This document shows, piece after piece, positions 54,957 through 63,533 of a DNA stretch of 64,000 bases. The position numbers and the translations under genes were made by a program. The notes under the pieces were generated by a model. That model was not told the DNA's origin. It was given only the letters and a program-made list of their open reading frames with translations, and did no database searches. Numbering within the stretch: the stretch's first letter is position 1; every line of letters starts with the position of its first letter. The DNA comes from a bacterium (GTDB taxonomy: Bacteria; Patescibacteriota; Saccharimonadia; Saccharimonadales; UBA4665): NCBI GenBank assembly GCA_021804085.1, contig JAJZKM010000002.1, positions 4,345 to 68,344 of the forward strand, written 5' to 3'.

Positions 54957-57647
54957 ATGGCTCTTCACAAAGACTTCCCGACAGACCCTTACGTCATTCT
55001 AGACCCTAGTATTCGCTGGTTTCCAGCCGACGAAGATTTGCGAGATAAGGGTCACGAGAAACTGTTACCGCCTCTTGTTGCTGACCTACGTAAAAAGGTT
55101 AAAGGCTGGCGATCATTGAATTACGAGGGTGCTAGTGACACGTCAAAAGCATTGCTCAACTGGTGGTTCAAAGAAGACCACGTAATGTACAACCAAGACG
55201 GTAGTTCGTACAACTTCCGATATTATTTCGCACAGCGTGAAGCATTAGAAACAGTCGTTTGGTTATACGAAGTCGCAAAGGTCAAAGACAAATACGATCT
55301 AATCCGCTACAACTCGACCGGCGTACTCAGTGCTGGTATGTTTACCGAAGAATGGCTTCGTTTTGTTATAAAGATGGCTACTGGTGCTGGTAAAACCAAA
55401 GTAATGAGCCTCGTGTTGGCTTGGGCATACTTCCATAAAAAGTACGAAGAAGACTCATTGTTGTCAAAGAACTTCTTGCTCATTACGCCAAACGTTATAG
55501 TTTTTGAGCGTATCAAGAATGATTTTGAAGGCTTAAAGATATTCCATGAAGACCCCGTACTACCAGACAATGGTTATCGTGGTCAGAACTGGCAAGACGA
55601 TTTCCAGCTAACGCTTCATTTGCAAGATAATCTACGGAACATATCTGACACTGGCAATATATTCCTGACAAATATACATCGTGTATTTGAATCTGACGTT
55701 AAAGAACCGACTGCAAATGACGAAGACTCATCAGCCTATTTCTTAGGTGATAAACCAGTAACAAAGACTAACGATTCTACAGTTGATCTAGGGATGATTG
55801 TCAGGGACATAGATGAGCTAATTGTTATTAACGATGAAGCACATCATATCTGGGACGACAAGTTAGCTTGGGCGAAGTCAATTCAAGACATTGATAATCA
55901 GCTCAAACAAAAAGGCTCTGGTTTAGCATTGCAGATTGATGTTACTGCTACGCCAAAGAAGCGTGATGGCTCTATCTTTGTACAAACAATTAGCGACTAC
56001 CCTCTTGTGGAGGCGATACATCAGCAAATTGTTAAAAATCCTGTTGTTCCAGACGCTGCCAGCAGAGGTAAATTGCACGAGAACCAAAGCTCTCTGTTTA
56101 GCGAGAAGTATAGAGACTTTATAGACCTCGGCATTGAAGAGTGGCGTAAAACCCATGAAGAACTGAAGCCAATGGGCAAGAAGTCTATTTTGTTCATAAT
56201 GACTGACGATACTAAGAACTGTGACGAAGTAGCAGAATATATCAAGACTAGCTTTGCTGATTTACGAGACAGCGTACTGACCATCCACACCAACAAGAGT
56301 GGTGACATATCTGAAACCGTTTCTGGCAAAAACAAAGATGACCTGGACCTATTACGGAAGCAAGCTAATGAGATTGATAGCTGGGAAAGTCCTTTTAAAG
56401 TCATAGTTTCAGTGATGATGCTGAAGGAAGGCTGGGACGTTAAGAACGTAACTACTATTGTTGGTTTAAGACCATATGCTGCTGACTCAAAGATCCTACC
56501 AGAGCAGACATTGGGGCGTGGATTGCGCAGAATGTTCTTTGGTAGAGACGAAGTTAAAGAATATGTTAGCGTGGTCGGTACTCCTGCATTCATGGAGTTC
56601 GTGGAGTCCATCAAGGGTGAAGGCGTCATATTAGAGAAGAAAGCAATGGGTACTGGCACTAAGCCAATAGCTCCAATGGTTGTCGAAGTAGATAATGAAA
56701 ATCCTCAAAAGGATATTGATAGATTGGATATTGAAATACCAGTAATGACACCACGCATACAGAGAGAATACAAAAACCTGGCCAATCTAGATGTGTCAAA
56801 GTTCGGTAATAAGAAAGTACCAGTAAAGAAATTCAGTGAGCAAGAGAAACGAGAGATTGTCTTCAAAGATGTAGTTGGTGAAATCACTCATCATACTACA
56901 GTATTGAGTGGCGAAGTAAATCCTGACCACCAGAGTGTCATTGGTTTCTTTACACAGGCTATCATGCGAGAATTACGTTTGTTCGGTTGCTATGACATCT
57001 TGTTTGGTAAGGTCAAAGAATTCGTCCATCGGTACATGTTTGATAGCGAGGTTGAGCTATCCGATCTGAATATGCTTAGAAACCTCTCAGAAGTAGAATA
57101 CATACGTCTAATCAAGGACTCTTTCAAGAAAGCAATCAATGAACTAACTGTTCAAGATAGTGGCGATACAGAGATAAAGAACTACATTAAAATCAGCGAG
57201 TCCCGACCATTCGTAGTAAATGATAAAGGCTTTGTTGTTCCTAAGAAGTCAGTCTTTAACAAGATAGTTGGTGACAGTGACTTCGAATTAGTCTTTGCCG
57301 GATTTATTGAGGGCTGTGATGATGTAATTTCGTTCACCAAGAACTTCCAGAACAAAGAAGCCAGTGCATTGAGAATCGAGTATAAGAACTCTGAGGGCTT
57401 TATCGCCAACTACTATCCGGACTTCTTTGTGAAGAAAGACAGTAAGACTGTATATATCATTGAAACCAAGGGCCGTGAAGAAGAGGATGACAAACTCAAG
57501 TTCAAAAGATTGCAGGAGTGGTGCGAAGATGTAAATAGCCGTCAAAACAAAATGACGTATAAGGCACTCTATATCAAGCAGGAAGATTGGAATAAGGATA
57601 GACTAAAGAGTTTCGACGAAGTTGTAAGAGTATTCGGGGATGAATAA
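54957..57647 (+). CDS. res: Type III restriction enzyme Res subunit (SF2 helicase plus PD-(D/E)xK nuclease)
   Basis: 896 aa. Motif I MATGAGKTKV, motif II NDEAHH, helicase C (MLKEGWDVKNV...QTLGRGLR). C-terminal nuclease YYPDFFV...IIETKG. Confidence 0.92.
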   Translation: MALHKDFPTDPYVILDPSIRWFPADEDLRDKGHEKLLPPLVADLRKKVKGWRSLNYEGASDTSKALLNWWFKEDHVMYNQDGSSYNFRYYFAQREALETVVWLYEVAKVKDKYDLIRYNSTGVLSAGMFTEEWLRFVIKMATGAGKTKVMSLVLAWAYFHKKYEEDSLLSKNFLLITPNVIVFERIKNDFEGLKIFHEDPVLPDNGYRGQNWQDDFQLTLHLQDNLRNISDTGNIFLTNIHRVFESDVKEPTANDEDSSAYFLGDKPVTKTNDSTVDLGMIVRDIDELIVINDEAHHIWDDKLAWAKSIQDIDNQLKQKGSGLALQIDVTATPKKRDGSIFVQTISDYPLVEAIHQQIVKNPVVPDAASRGKLHENQSSLFSEKYRDFIDLGIEEWRKTHEELKPMGKKSILFIMTDDTKNCDEVAEYIKTSFADLRDSVLTIHTNKSGDISETVSGKNKDDLDLLRKQANEIDSWESPFKVIVSVMMLKEGWDVKNVTTIVGLRPYAADSKILPEQTLGRGLRRMFFGRDEVKEYVSVVGTPAFMEFVESIKGEGVILEKKAMGTGTKPIAPMVVEVDNENPQKDIDRLDIEIPVMTPRIQREYKNLANLDVSKFGNKKVPVKKFSEQEKREIVFKDVVGEITHHTTVLSGEVNPDHQSVIGFFTQAIMRELRLFGCYDILFGKVKEFVHRYMFDSEVELSDLNMLRNLSEVEYIRLIKDSFKKAINELTVQDSGDTEIKNYIKISESRPFVVNDKGFVVPKKSVFNKIVGDSDFELVFAGFIEGCDDVISFTKNFQNKEASALRIEYKNSEGFIANYYPDFFVKKDSKTVYIIETKGREEEDDKLKFKRLQEWCEDVNSRQNKMTYKALYIKQEDWNKDRLKSFDEVVRVFGDE

Positions 57648-57651
57648 GGAT

Positions 57652-57870
57652 CTACCGGATGTTCGTTAAATCAGATACTGAAACCCTCAATGCTTTAGCA
57701 ATCTTTTCAAGGCTTTCCAGTGAAGGGTTGCGCTCACAGCGTTCCACGCCCGATATGTAACTTCTGCCTAAGCCAGAATTAATGCCAAGCTTCTCCTGAG
57801 ACAATCCAGCAGCCTTGCGATAATACTTAACCCCTTTTGCCAATTTCTGTTTTGTGCTAGTCCGTGCCAT
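57652..57870 (-). CDS. XRE-family HTH protein
   Basis: 72 aa. AAGLSQEKLGINSGLGRSYISGVERCERNPSLESLEKIAKAL. Convergent, 4 nt from the res stop. Confidence 0.8.
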   Translation of the reverse strand: MARTSTKQKLAKGVKYYRKAAGLSQEKLGINSGLGRSYISGVERCERNPSLESLEKIAKALRVSVSDLTNIR

Positions 57871-57990
57871 TGCTCATAAGATGTCAAATAGCATCAGATG
57901 AGGCTACACCCGTTCAGGTTCTTTTTTCTTGTCGTACCTCAGTATTTATGCAAAAATTAACTCAACGAAATAATTCAAGGAGAAAAATAA

Positions 57991-58482
57991 ATGAAAAGCA
58001 TGTCTAATAGAGCTATTGTAGCCAGTATAGGGCTAACAGCTGCAACTATCCTGTGTATTGTGAGCACTATTCTGCCTTGGGTGAGCGAAGGTGGTAGCGG
58101 TACTAATTTATACGACCAATATTTCAGTGGTACGCCGGAGGTATTGCTAGTAGCTTCAGTTGTTATCATGGTTGTCACAGCCCTGTGCGTTTTTAAGCAC
58201 AACAAGCTAACACGCATACTCAACGGCGTTATTGGTATCCTTGCAGCAATAGTTATAGCAGGAATGTCTCTGGTACTTTACTTCAATGATCGAGGTGGAG
58301 TGAACTCTATAAATAGCTATTCGACAAGCAACTTCAATTTCAGCACTAACGGATTCGTATCTATTGGTCTCGGCAATTATCTGGCATTGGTATCGTCTGT
58401 GGCGATTCTAGTGTTCTCGATACTCGTTCTGTTTTCGGGCAAATCTGTCAAGAAGGCGGGATTGAAGGCAGTAGAAGCCTGA
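57991..58482 (+). CDS. 4-TM membrane protein
   Basis: 163 aa. AAGGAG RBS. Hydrophobic segments throughout. Confidence 0.55.
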   Translation: MKSMSNRAIVASIGLTAATILCIVSTILPWVSEGGSGTNLYDQYFSGTPEVLLVASVVIMVVTALCVFKHNKLTRILNGVIGILAAIVIAGMSLVLYFNDRGGVNSINSYSTSNFNFSTNGFVSIGLGNYLALVSSVAILVFSILVLFSGKSVKKAGLKAVEA

Positions 58483-58524
58483 CAAAGTAAGGGTAATATA
58501 AGTAGGCAAGGTATAATCAGAACT

Positions 58525-59352
58525 ATGAAAAAATATCTAACTATCAAAACCTCACTAGTACTTCTTGGTTCAGTAATCATGTTGGCAAGTCCAGCAACAG
58601 CATTAGCCGCCAAACCTGCCCACGGTGGGGGTGGTGGTTCAACTAGCGTAGTAACCGGCAATGACGTGTCCTGGCCGCAATGTAATAAATCACTGCCAAA
58701 GGGTCAACTATTCGGTATTATCGGCGTCAATGACGGCCTCGCAAATACGACTAATCCCTGCTTTTCAACTGAACTGGCATGGGCTGAGACTTCAGTTGGA
58801 AGTACTGGCCAGGGCAAAGCAGCCTTGTACGTCAATACCGCTAATCCTGGCAATCTAGGAGTAGCCGATTGGCCTACCAGTAATACCGATCCCCTAACTG
58901 GTGCAGTAGATACCGACCCATACGGTACGTGTACAGGATTGGATAACCAGGCTTGCGCTTACCAGTACGGACATAACATGGCCGAGTTAGACGCCCAGAC
59001 ACGTATCGGTAGTAACAATCCGGCTAGTTTCAAATGGTGGCTGGATGTCGAGACAAACAACTCATGGGAAACCACTACTGCTAACAATACTGCCGACCTT
59101 GAGGGAATGACAGCTTACTTTGAAAGCCTTGGTAGCAGCGTCGGCTTGTACTCAACGACAACACAGTGGAATCAAATAGCCGGTACAGTCAGTAGTACCA
59201 GTAACCTTTACGGCCTAGATAGTTGGTTACCTGGTTCCAGCAATCTCAGCAGCGCAAAAAATGCGTGTACGCTGCCAGCTTTAACGGGTGGTAAAACAAC
59301 CGTTACGCAGTACGTTGCCAAACGTGTTGATTACGACTATTCGTGTATCTAA
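58525..59352 (+). CDS. Secreted GH25-lysozyme-like / glycoside-hydrolase-like protein
   Basis: 275 aa. Signal peptide (...MLASPATALAAKPA). GNDVSWPQC...LFGIIGVNDG...NPCF and WWLDVE parallel the GIDVS.yQG...FaIiKateG and D.E motifs of GH25/Rv2525c-like TIM barrels. By-eye similarity only. Confidence 0.5.
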   Translation: MKKYLTIKTSLVLLGSVIMLASPATALAAKPAHGGGGGSTSVVTGNDVSWPQCNKSLPKGQLFGIIGVNDGLANTTNPCFSTELAWAETSVGSTGQGKAALYVNTANPGNLGVADWPTSNTDPLTGAVDTDPYGTCTGLDNQACAYQYGHNMAELDAQTRIGSNNPASFKWWLDVETNNSWETTTANNTADLEGMTAYFESLGSSVGLYSTTTQWNQIAGTVSSTSNLYGLDSWLPGSSNLSSAKNACTLPALTGGKTTVTQYVAKRVDYDYSCI

Positions 59353-59391
59353 GTCGGTAAAAGTAGCATAGAACTGCTAAGAACGATTTGC

Positions 59392-59425
59392 ACAGCTCAC
59401 TTATAAATAGTGGGCTGTTTTCTTT
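59392..59425 (+). terminator. Rho-independent terminator
   Basis: ACAGCTCAC-9 nt-GTGGGCTGT followed by TTTTCTTT, 40 nt after the stop at 59352. Confidence 0.6.
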
Positions 59426-59512
59426 GCATTTAACAGAGGTAAAACCCCTTGTCATTAGTATGCACAAAGTTACAATTAAATTACATAACACTAATTTTAG
59501 GGGGCAACCGAA

Positions 59513-60454
59513 ATGCAAAAATTATCAAAGGAGGAGACTAAGGTTCTAGTGCCTTTTAGTCCAAGTCTGCTCAAGAGCAATATACAAAAATCAGTACGGA
59601 GAGGCGACGTAGACAAGGCAGTAAGATCAGCCAAGAGCCTCATATTATTAAACGAAACTGACGCACTACGTCGGCTCATGATAATCCCAATTGAGGATTG
59701 TATCCTGCCACCAGATTATGACAAATATGCTGCAATGCTTATGAGAGTCAGCTCAAAAGGCGGTGAGCCACTGACCAAGACAGAAAAGACCACTGCACTG
59801 TCCATAATTACAGACTCAGCCAGATGTAAATGGCGTGACCTGGATGTAGGCAATCCGGATGATGAAGGCAAAGACTACGCCATGCAACCAGTCAAAGGCA
59901 ATAAAGAGAACGACCTAGTAAACGCCCTGCTGTACCGCTCAAGAATCGGCGGCAGCAAATGGGATTGGGTGATGTTAAACCAAATGGCTAGAGTTTGGAA
60001 CAAACGCTTCGCAACAGGCACTTGGAAAGCCGAAGACCTGAAACAGTATGCTACAGGAAAAATTGTCGAGTGGGCTAACGTACCGTATGCCACCGTAGAG
60101 GACATCTTACTAGAAAGCGTAGATATGCACTGCTCCGGTATCTTATACATGCTGCTCAAGCTAGACTGGATAAAAGACTTGCTTAGGAAAGAAATACCGC
60201 CAGAAAATAGGACTTGGCTAGGCTCGAATATTAGCGACCTCAATCTTTTGGAAACTATCATCTGGTGTATGCGCTCAAGCCTGAACCCCAAACGCAATAT
60301 CTGGTACGAAGACCAACGGCCAGTGCATTGGCTGGAATCGGACAATGTGCCTAAGCAATACTGGAAAGTATTCGAAAACATCATGCAGCAGTTGAATGAA
60401 GAAACATCCAACATAAGCAGATGGGTCATTAACCAGGCAGGTGGAAAAAAATAA
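59513..60454 (+). CDS. Hypothetical protein with MgsA/RarA C-terminal-like segment, translationally coupled to the integrase
   Basis: 313 aa. SLLKSNIQKSVRRGDVDKAV...ALRRLMIIPIEDCILPPD parallels the RarA lid region (S..KSvRGSd.DAA...aRRl.i.A.EDiG.A.P), and no ATPase domain is present. The TAATG overlap joins it to 60454. Confidence 0.55.
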   Translation: MQKLSKEETKVLVPFSPSLLKSNIQKSVRRGDVDKAVRSAKSLILLNETDALRRLMIIPIEDCILPPDYDKYAAMLMRVSSKGGEPLTKTEKTTALSIITDSARCKWRDLDVGNPDDEGKDYAMQPVKGNKENDLVNALLYRSRIGGSKWDWVMLNQMARVWNKRFATGTWKAEDLKQYATGKIVEWANVPYATVEDILLESVDMHCSGILYMLLKLDWIKDLLRKEIPPENRTWLGSNISDLNLLETIIWCMRSSLNPKRNIWYEDQRPVHWLESDNVPKQYWKVFENIMQQLNEETSNISRWVINQAGGKK

Positions 60455-61383
60455 TGGCCACTGACTTAGTAATCGCAAGGAGATATACTAGAGATAACGC
60501 TTATGAGGTATTCGATACGTTGGATGTATCAGAAGCTACTAGAGCGGATTATGTAGCGAGGCTATGGCCGTTTCTCAGTTTCATCGAGAATAACCAGTTC
60601 AACCTAAATACGTTTCTGGAGTTCAAGAGAGAGTTGAGGGGTCGTACGGACTTATCGGCAAGTTCTAAAAATAAGTATCTGGTCGTAGCGAGAATATTCC
60701 TGAAAGAATTGCACCGGAGAGGCATTCTGCCAACCGACATTACAGCTAATATACGTAACTTCCGTCTAGATAAGCGTCACAAGGTAAGCGGCCTTAATGA
60801 CCGTGAAGTTGAGTCGCTTGAGGAGTGGTGTCAACGCTATAGTACGCTCAAGCCTAGAGAAGTAGCCATTATATGTATCCTGTATTATCAGGGTCTACGG
60901 ATCGGCGAGGTTAGCGGCTTAAATTGGGAAGATATTCTCTGGAAAAGCAACCAGATGCTTATCAAGGGCAAAGGCAGAGACGATAAAGAGACGATTTTCT
61001 TGCATCCTGTAACAGTAAAAGCCCTCAAGCGTTACTATAACCTGACACAATTCAATGACTCTGATGGAAACAAGCCAACAGGTGCAATGTTCAAAAGCCG
61101 GAGCATCCCAAGCGAATCGGGCAGGATTACAATCAGAGGGCTAAGGTATATCGTGAACGCCGCTTTCGAAGAGCAAGGCATTGAAAAGCAAGTTCACTCA
61201 CTCAGGCACACCTTCGTTACCAGACTTGTTAAACAGTTTAACGGTGACATTACTAAGGTGGCTCAGTTCTCGAGGCACAGGAGCTTGGAGATGGTACAGA
61301 TTTATAACGATGCCGTGCTCATGGAGAGCGATTACAAGGGCTATATCAAGGCTTTCAGTGACATTAACCTATTTACTCCTTGA
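60454..61383 (+). CDS. Tyrosine recombinase/integrase (XerC/D-phage integrase family)
   Basis: 309 aa. SAM-like N domain, Arg I (YYQGLRIGEV), KGKGRD, HSLRHTF, RHRSLEMVQIY. Confidence 0.9.
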   Translation: MATDLVIARRYTRDNAYEVFDTLDVSEATRADYVARLWPFLSFIENNQFNLNTFLEFKRELRGRTDLSASSKNKYLVVARIFLKELHRRGILPTDITANIRNFRLDKRHKVSGLNDREVESLEEWCQRYSTLKPREVAIICILYYQGLRIGEVSGLNWEDILWKSNQMLIKGKGRDDKETIFLHPVTVKALKRYYNLTQFNDSDGNKPTGAMFKSRSIPSESGRITIRGLRYIVNAAFEEQGIEKQVHSLRHTFVTRLVKQFNGDITKVAQFSRHRSLEMVQIYNDAVLMESDYKGYIKAFSDINLFTP

Positions 61384-61438
61384 ACCACTCATAAATCGCT
61401 GTAAATCAAAGTTATTGCAGTTCAGATGCTGTCACTCC

Positions 61439-61630
61439 CTAGTCATCTGCTAGTCACTTACTGCTCACTTGCCAGTAACTTACTGGACACCGAGGAATTT
61501 CTGCTAGCCAAGTGCAGTAATTCGATACAAGTGTCCAGCACAGCTGCGAGACACGTCCAGCTTGCAAGCCATTCGTAGTCGGGTAATTTTAGTAATGACT
61601 AGGAAAGTGACTAGGCAAATCGCTAGTCAT
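61439..61630. repeat. Cluster of CTAGTCA(Y) repeats plus a 15-bp perfect palindrome downstream of the integrase (candidate att/arm sites or iterons)
   Basis: CTAGTCAT 61439-46, CTAGTCAC 61450-57, inverted (A/G)TGACTAG at 61595-61602 and 61607-14, CTAGTCAT 61623-30. Palindrome CCAGTAACTTACTGG at 61472-86. GTCCAGC occurs twice at 61533-39 and 61555-61. Confidence 0.6.
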
Positions 61631-61759
61631 GAACAGGACAAAAGTATTGCTTCCGTTTTTGATATTGTTGACATATTTGCACTAGTTTTGCATCGTTTTT
61701 AACAGGTTACCGTCAATAATCTTAATTACGGGCACTACATTTTGGCTTAAAATATAGGC

Positions 61760-62476
61760 ATGGATGACGGCCTGCCAGATCTTCAAGAGATTTATGACTT
61801 TATCTCTGATTACAAGAAGAGTCTATATCAACGAACGGGATGGCAAGAGCTGCCAATTGAACACCAAGGAAGTTACGAAGATAGACTAGAGAAAGACTGG
61901 GAAGCAAGTGATTTACTGATCAGAAATGAAGAGTTCACTTCTGATATACGTAAGTTAAAAGCCAAGTATGCCAAATATGAATGGAGTGCTGAAGACTTCG
62001 ATGGCCACGACGAGACGACCACGAAAGACCCAGTTAGAAAGCAGTTTTATTTGGACGTGCGAGAAATGGCTAACAGGATACATTATCCAGGTAGTTGGGA
62101 GAGAGGTTTAAGGCGGCTTATTTTAAGTAAATCTAGTGATGATAGCATTTTCGTAAGAGATGCGAAATTGATTAGAATGCGAAAGCACAAGGATCACGTA
62201 GACGTTCAAATATATGGTGACGTAACAGTCCCTGAACTCCGTGCATACGTACCAAGCGTACGAAAACTTATTGAAGACTCAGGAAGCAGAAAAACACATG
62301 CCAGCACCAGAAAAAAGCGTAGCCAGTCTATGCACTTAGCAATTTATGATCTGCGAAAGCAAGGTAAATCGTATCAACAAATATCGAAACATCTGGGCGA
62401 TGATAAAGTTGGCTATTCAGACATCAGTAAGTATTTGGAGCTTATCCAGAAACAGATAGCAGATATGTATGCATAG
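61760..62476 (+). CDS. Hypothetical protein with C-terminal HTH-like segment
   Basis: 238 aa. The C-terminus MHLAIYDLRKQGKSYQQISKHLGDDKVGYSDISKYLELI resembles sigma70-region-4/LuxR-type HTH. Confidence 0.5.
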   Translation: MDDGLPDLQEIYDFISDYKKSLYQRTGWQELPIEHQGSYEDRLEKDWEASDLLIRNEEFTSDIRKLKAKYAKYEWSAEDFDGHDETTTKDPVRKQFYLDVREMANRIHYPGSWERGLRRLILSKSSDDSIFVRDAKLIRMRKHKDHVDVQIYGDVTVPELRAYVPSVRKLIEDSGSRKTHASTRKKRSQSMHLAIYDLRKQGKSYQQISKHLGDDKVGYSDISKYLELIQKQIADMYA

Positions 62477-62548
62477 TTAGCTTCTTATATTTATAGGCCG
62501 ATTTTTGAGATTTTATATTAGCAATATGCAAACGGCCTGATTATCAAT

Positions 62549-62590
62549 CCCCCTCAACCAAACGGGCCGTTTGCGAGGGGGGTTGTTAAT
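62549..62590 (+). terminator. GC-rich hairpin with T-rich tail
   Basis: CCCCCTC-AACC-AAACGG-G-CCGTTT-GC-GAGGGGG followed by GTTGTTAATTTT. The upstream TGCAAACGGCC (62527-37) could pair alternatively with GGCCGTTTGC. Confidence 0.5.
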
Positions 62591-62599
62591 TTTAAGGTT

Positions 62600-62779
62600 A
62601 TGGACGAACAGCAAATCATGACGGTCAAAGAGTTCCGCAGCCTTACGGGCAAAGCCACTGCTCATTTTAGCGATGAGCAGATTGCTGAGCTTATCCAGCA
62701 GCTAGACTTTATTGCTGGTATGTACGTCAAGCAAGTCGTTCCAAGAAAGGAGATTGCTGAGAAAGTAAAGAAATCGTAA
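62600..62779 (+). CDS. Unannotated 59-codon ORF (below the track threshold)
   Basis: MDEQQIMTVKEFRSLTGKATAHFSDEQIAELIQQLDFIAGMYVKQVVPRKEIAEKVKKS*. AAGG sits 5 nt upstream of the ATG. Same orientation as all neighbours, and it competes with the antisense track ORF 62662-62856. Confidence 0.4.
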   Translation: MDEQQIMTVKEFRSLTGKATAHFSDEQIAELIQQLDFIAGMYVKQVVPRKEIAEKVKKS

Positions 62780-62893
62780 AACAAAAACTTTAGTTGCCTT
62801 CTAAACGAAACGAGCCTGGCTATTGCCTCTGGCCAGGCTCTATTAAAAGTACCCAAAAATCGTAACGTAACTAACTATTTAAGGAGAACTTCA

Positions 62894-63232
62894 ATGAGAA
62901 ATTATATTTACGCAAGAGTAGCGTGTAAAGAACAAACTGATAGCCGTGGGGCTATATCTTGGCAAATAAACCGTTGCCAGGAGCATGCTTACCAGTTGCA
63001 CTTAGATACGCCGGTAGTTGAGTCTGAACAGCATTCAGGAAGTGCTATACCGCCGAAGCTGAAACAACTGCTTAATTCGATGGATCCTGGCGATCGGCTT
63101 ATAGTCGATAATCCTTCACGACTTTCGAGAGATTTTAGTAGTTTTGTGCAGGTCAAAACAGACCTAGCAGCAAAAGGCTGCAGGTTAGAGTTTGCCCGAA
63201 ACAACCTTGGCGTAGAGCTTCAACCGGCGTAA
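62894..63232 (+). CDS. Stand-alone serine-recombinase catalytic-domain-like protein lacking the nucleophile Ser
   Basis: 112 aa. YIYARVACKEQ replaces the Y.RVS(T/S).eQ motif. SGSAIPPKLKQLL, GDRLIVDNPSRLSRD conserved. No DNA-binding domain. Confidence 0.6.
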   Translation: MRNYIYARVACKEQTDSRGAISWQINRCQEHAYQLHLDTPVVESEQHSGSAIPPKLKQLLNSMDPGDRLIVDNPSRLSRDFSSFVQVKTDLAAKGCRLEFARNNLGVELQPA

Positions 63233-63305
63233 TGCAGCCTGGTTCAAAAATCCGCTAAGGTCTATTGTCACAGTTTGTTTTTAAGCCACAATTAAAGGAG
63301 GAAAT

Positions 63306-63533
63306 ATGAGTAATTTAGAACTATATCGTTATGTTTGGGCAATCAGTATTGCAGACCCAGCTGCCGACATAATGAAGGAGGACGTAGTTGTAGGCGTCTA
63401 CCAGTCAGGGGAGGCAGCCAAAGAGCAGCACGAAAAGTTAATGAACAACGAAGAAAGAGACGATCATGTCAGATATTTCATAGAACAAGTACCAATGTAT
63501 TTAGACATAAGAGTCTTTGAGCCGGTAGCATGA
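63306..63533 (+). CDS. Hypothetical small acidic protein
   Basis: 75 aa. AAAGGAGG RBS. The stop overlaps the next start (ATGA). Confidence 0.5.
   Translation: MSNLELYRYVWAISIADPAADIMKEDVVVGVYQSGEAAKEQHEKLMNNEERDDHVRYFIEQVPMYLDIRVFEPVA

Noticed and set aside
56021-56659. 212-aa minus ORF inside res. Similar long antisense ORFs occur at 59875-60429, 62662-62856, 63561-63869, 12220-12534 and 22207-22548
   Set aside because: Each is antisense to a gene with clear family motifs or a better-supported same-strand ORF, and none has motifs of its own.
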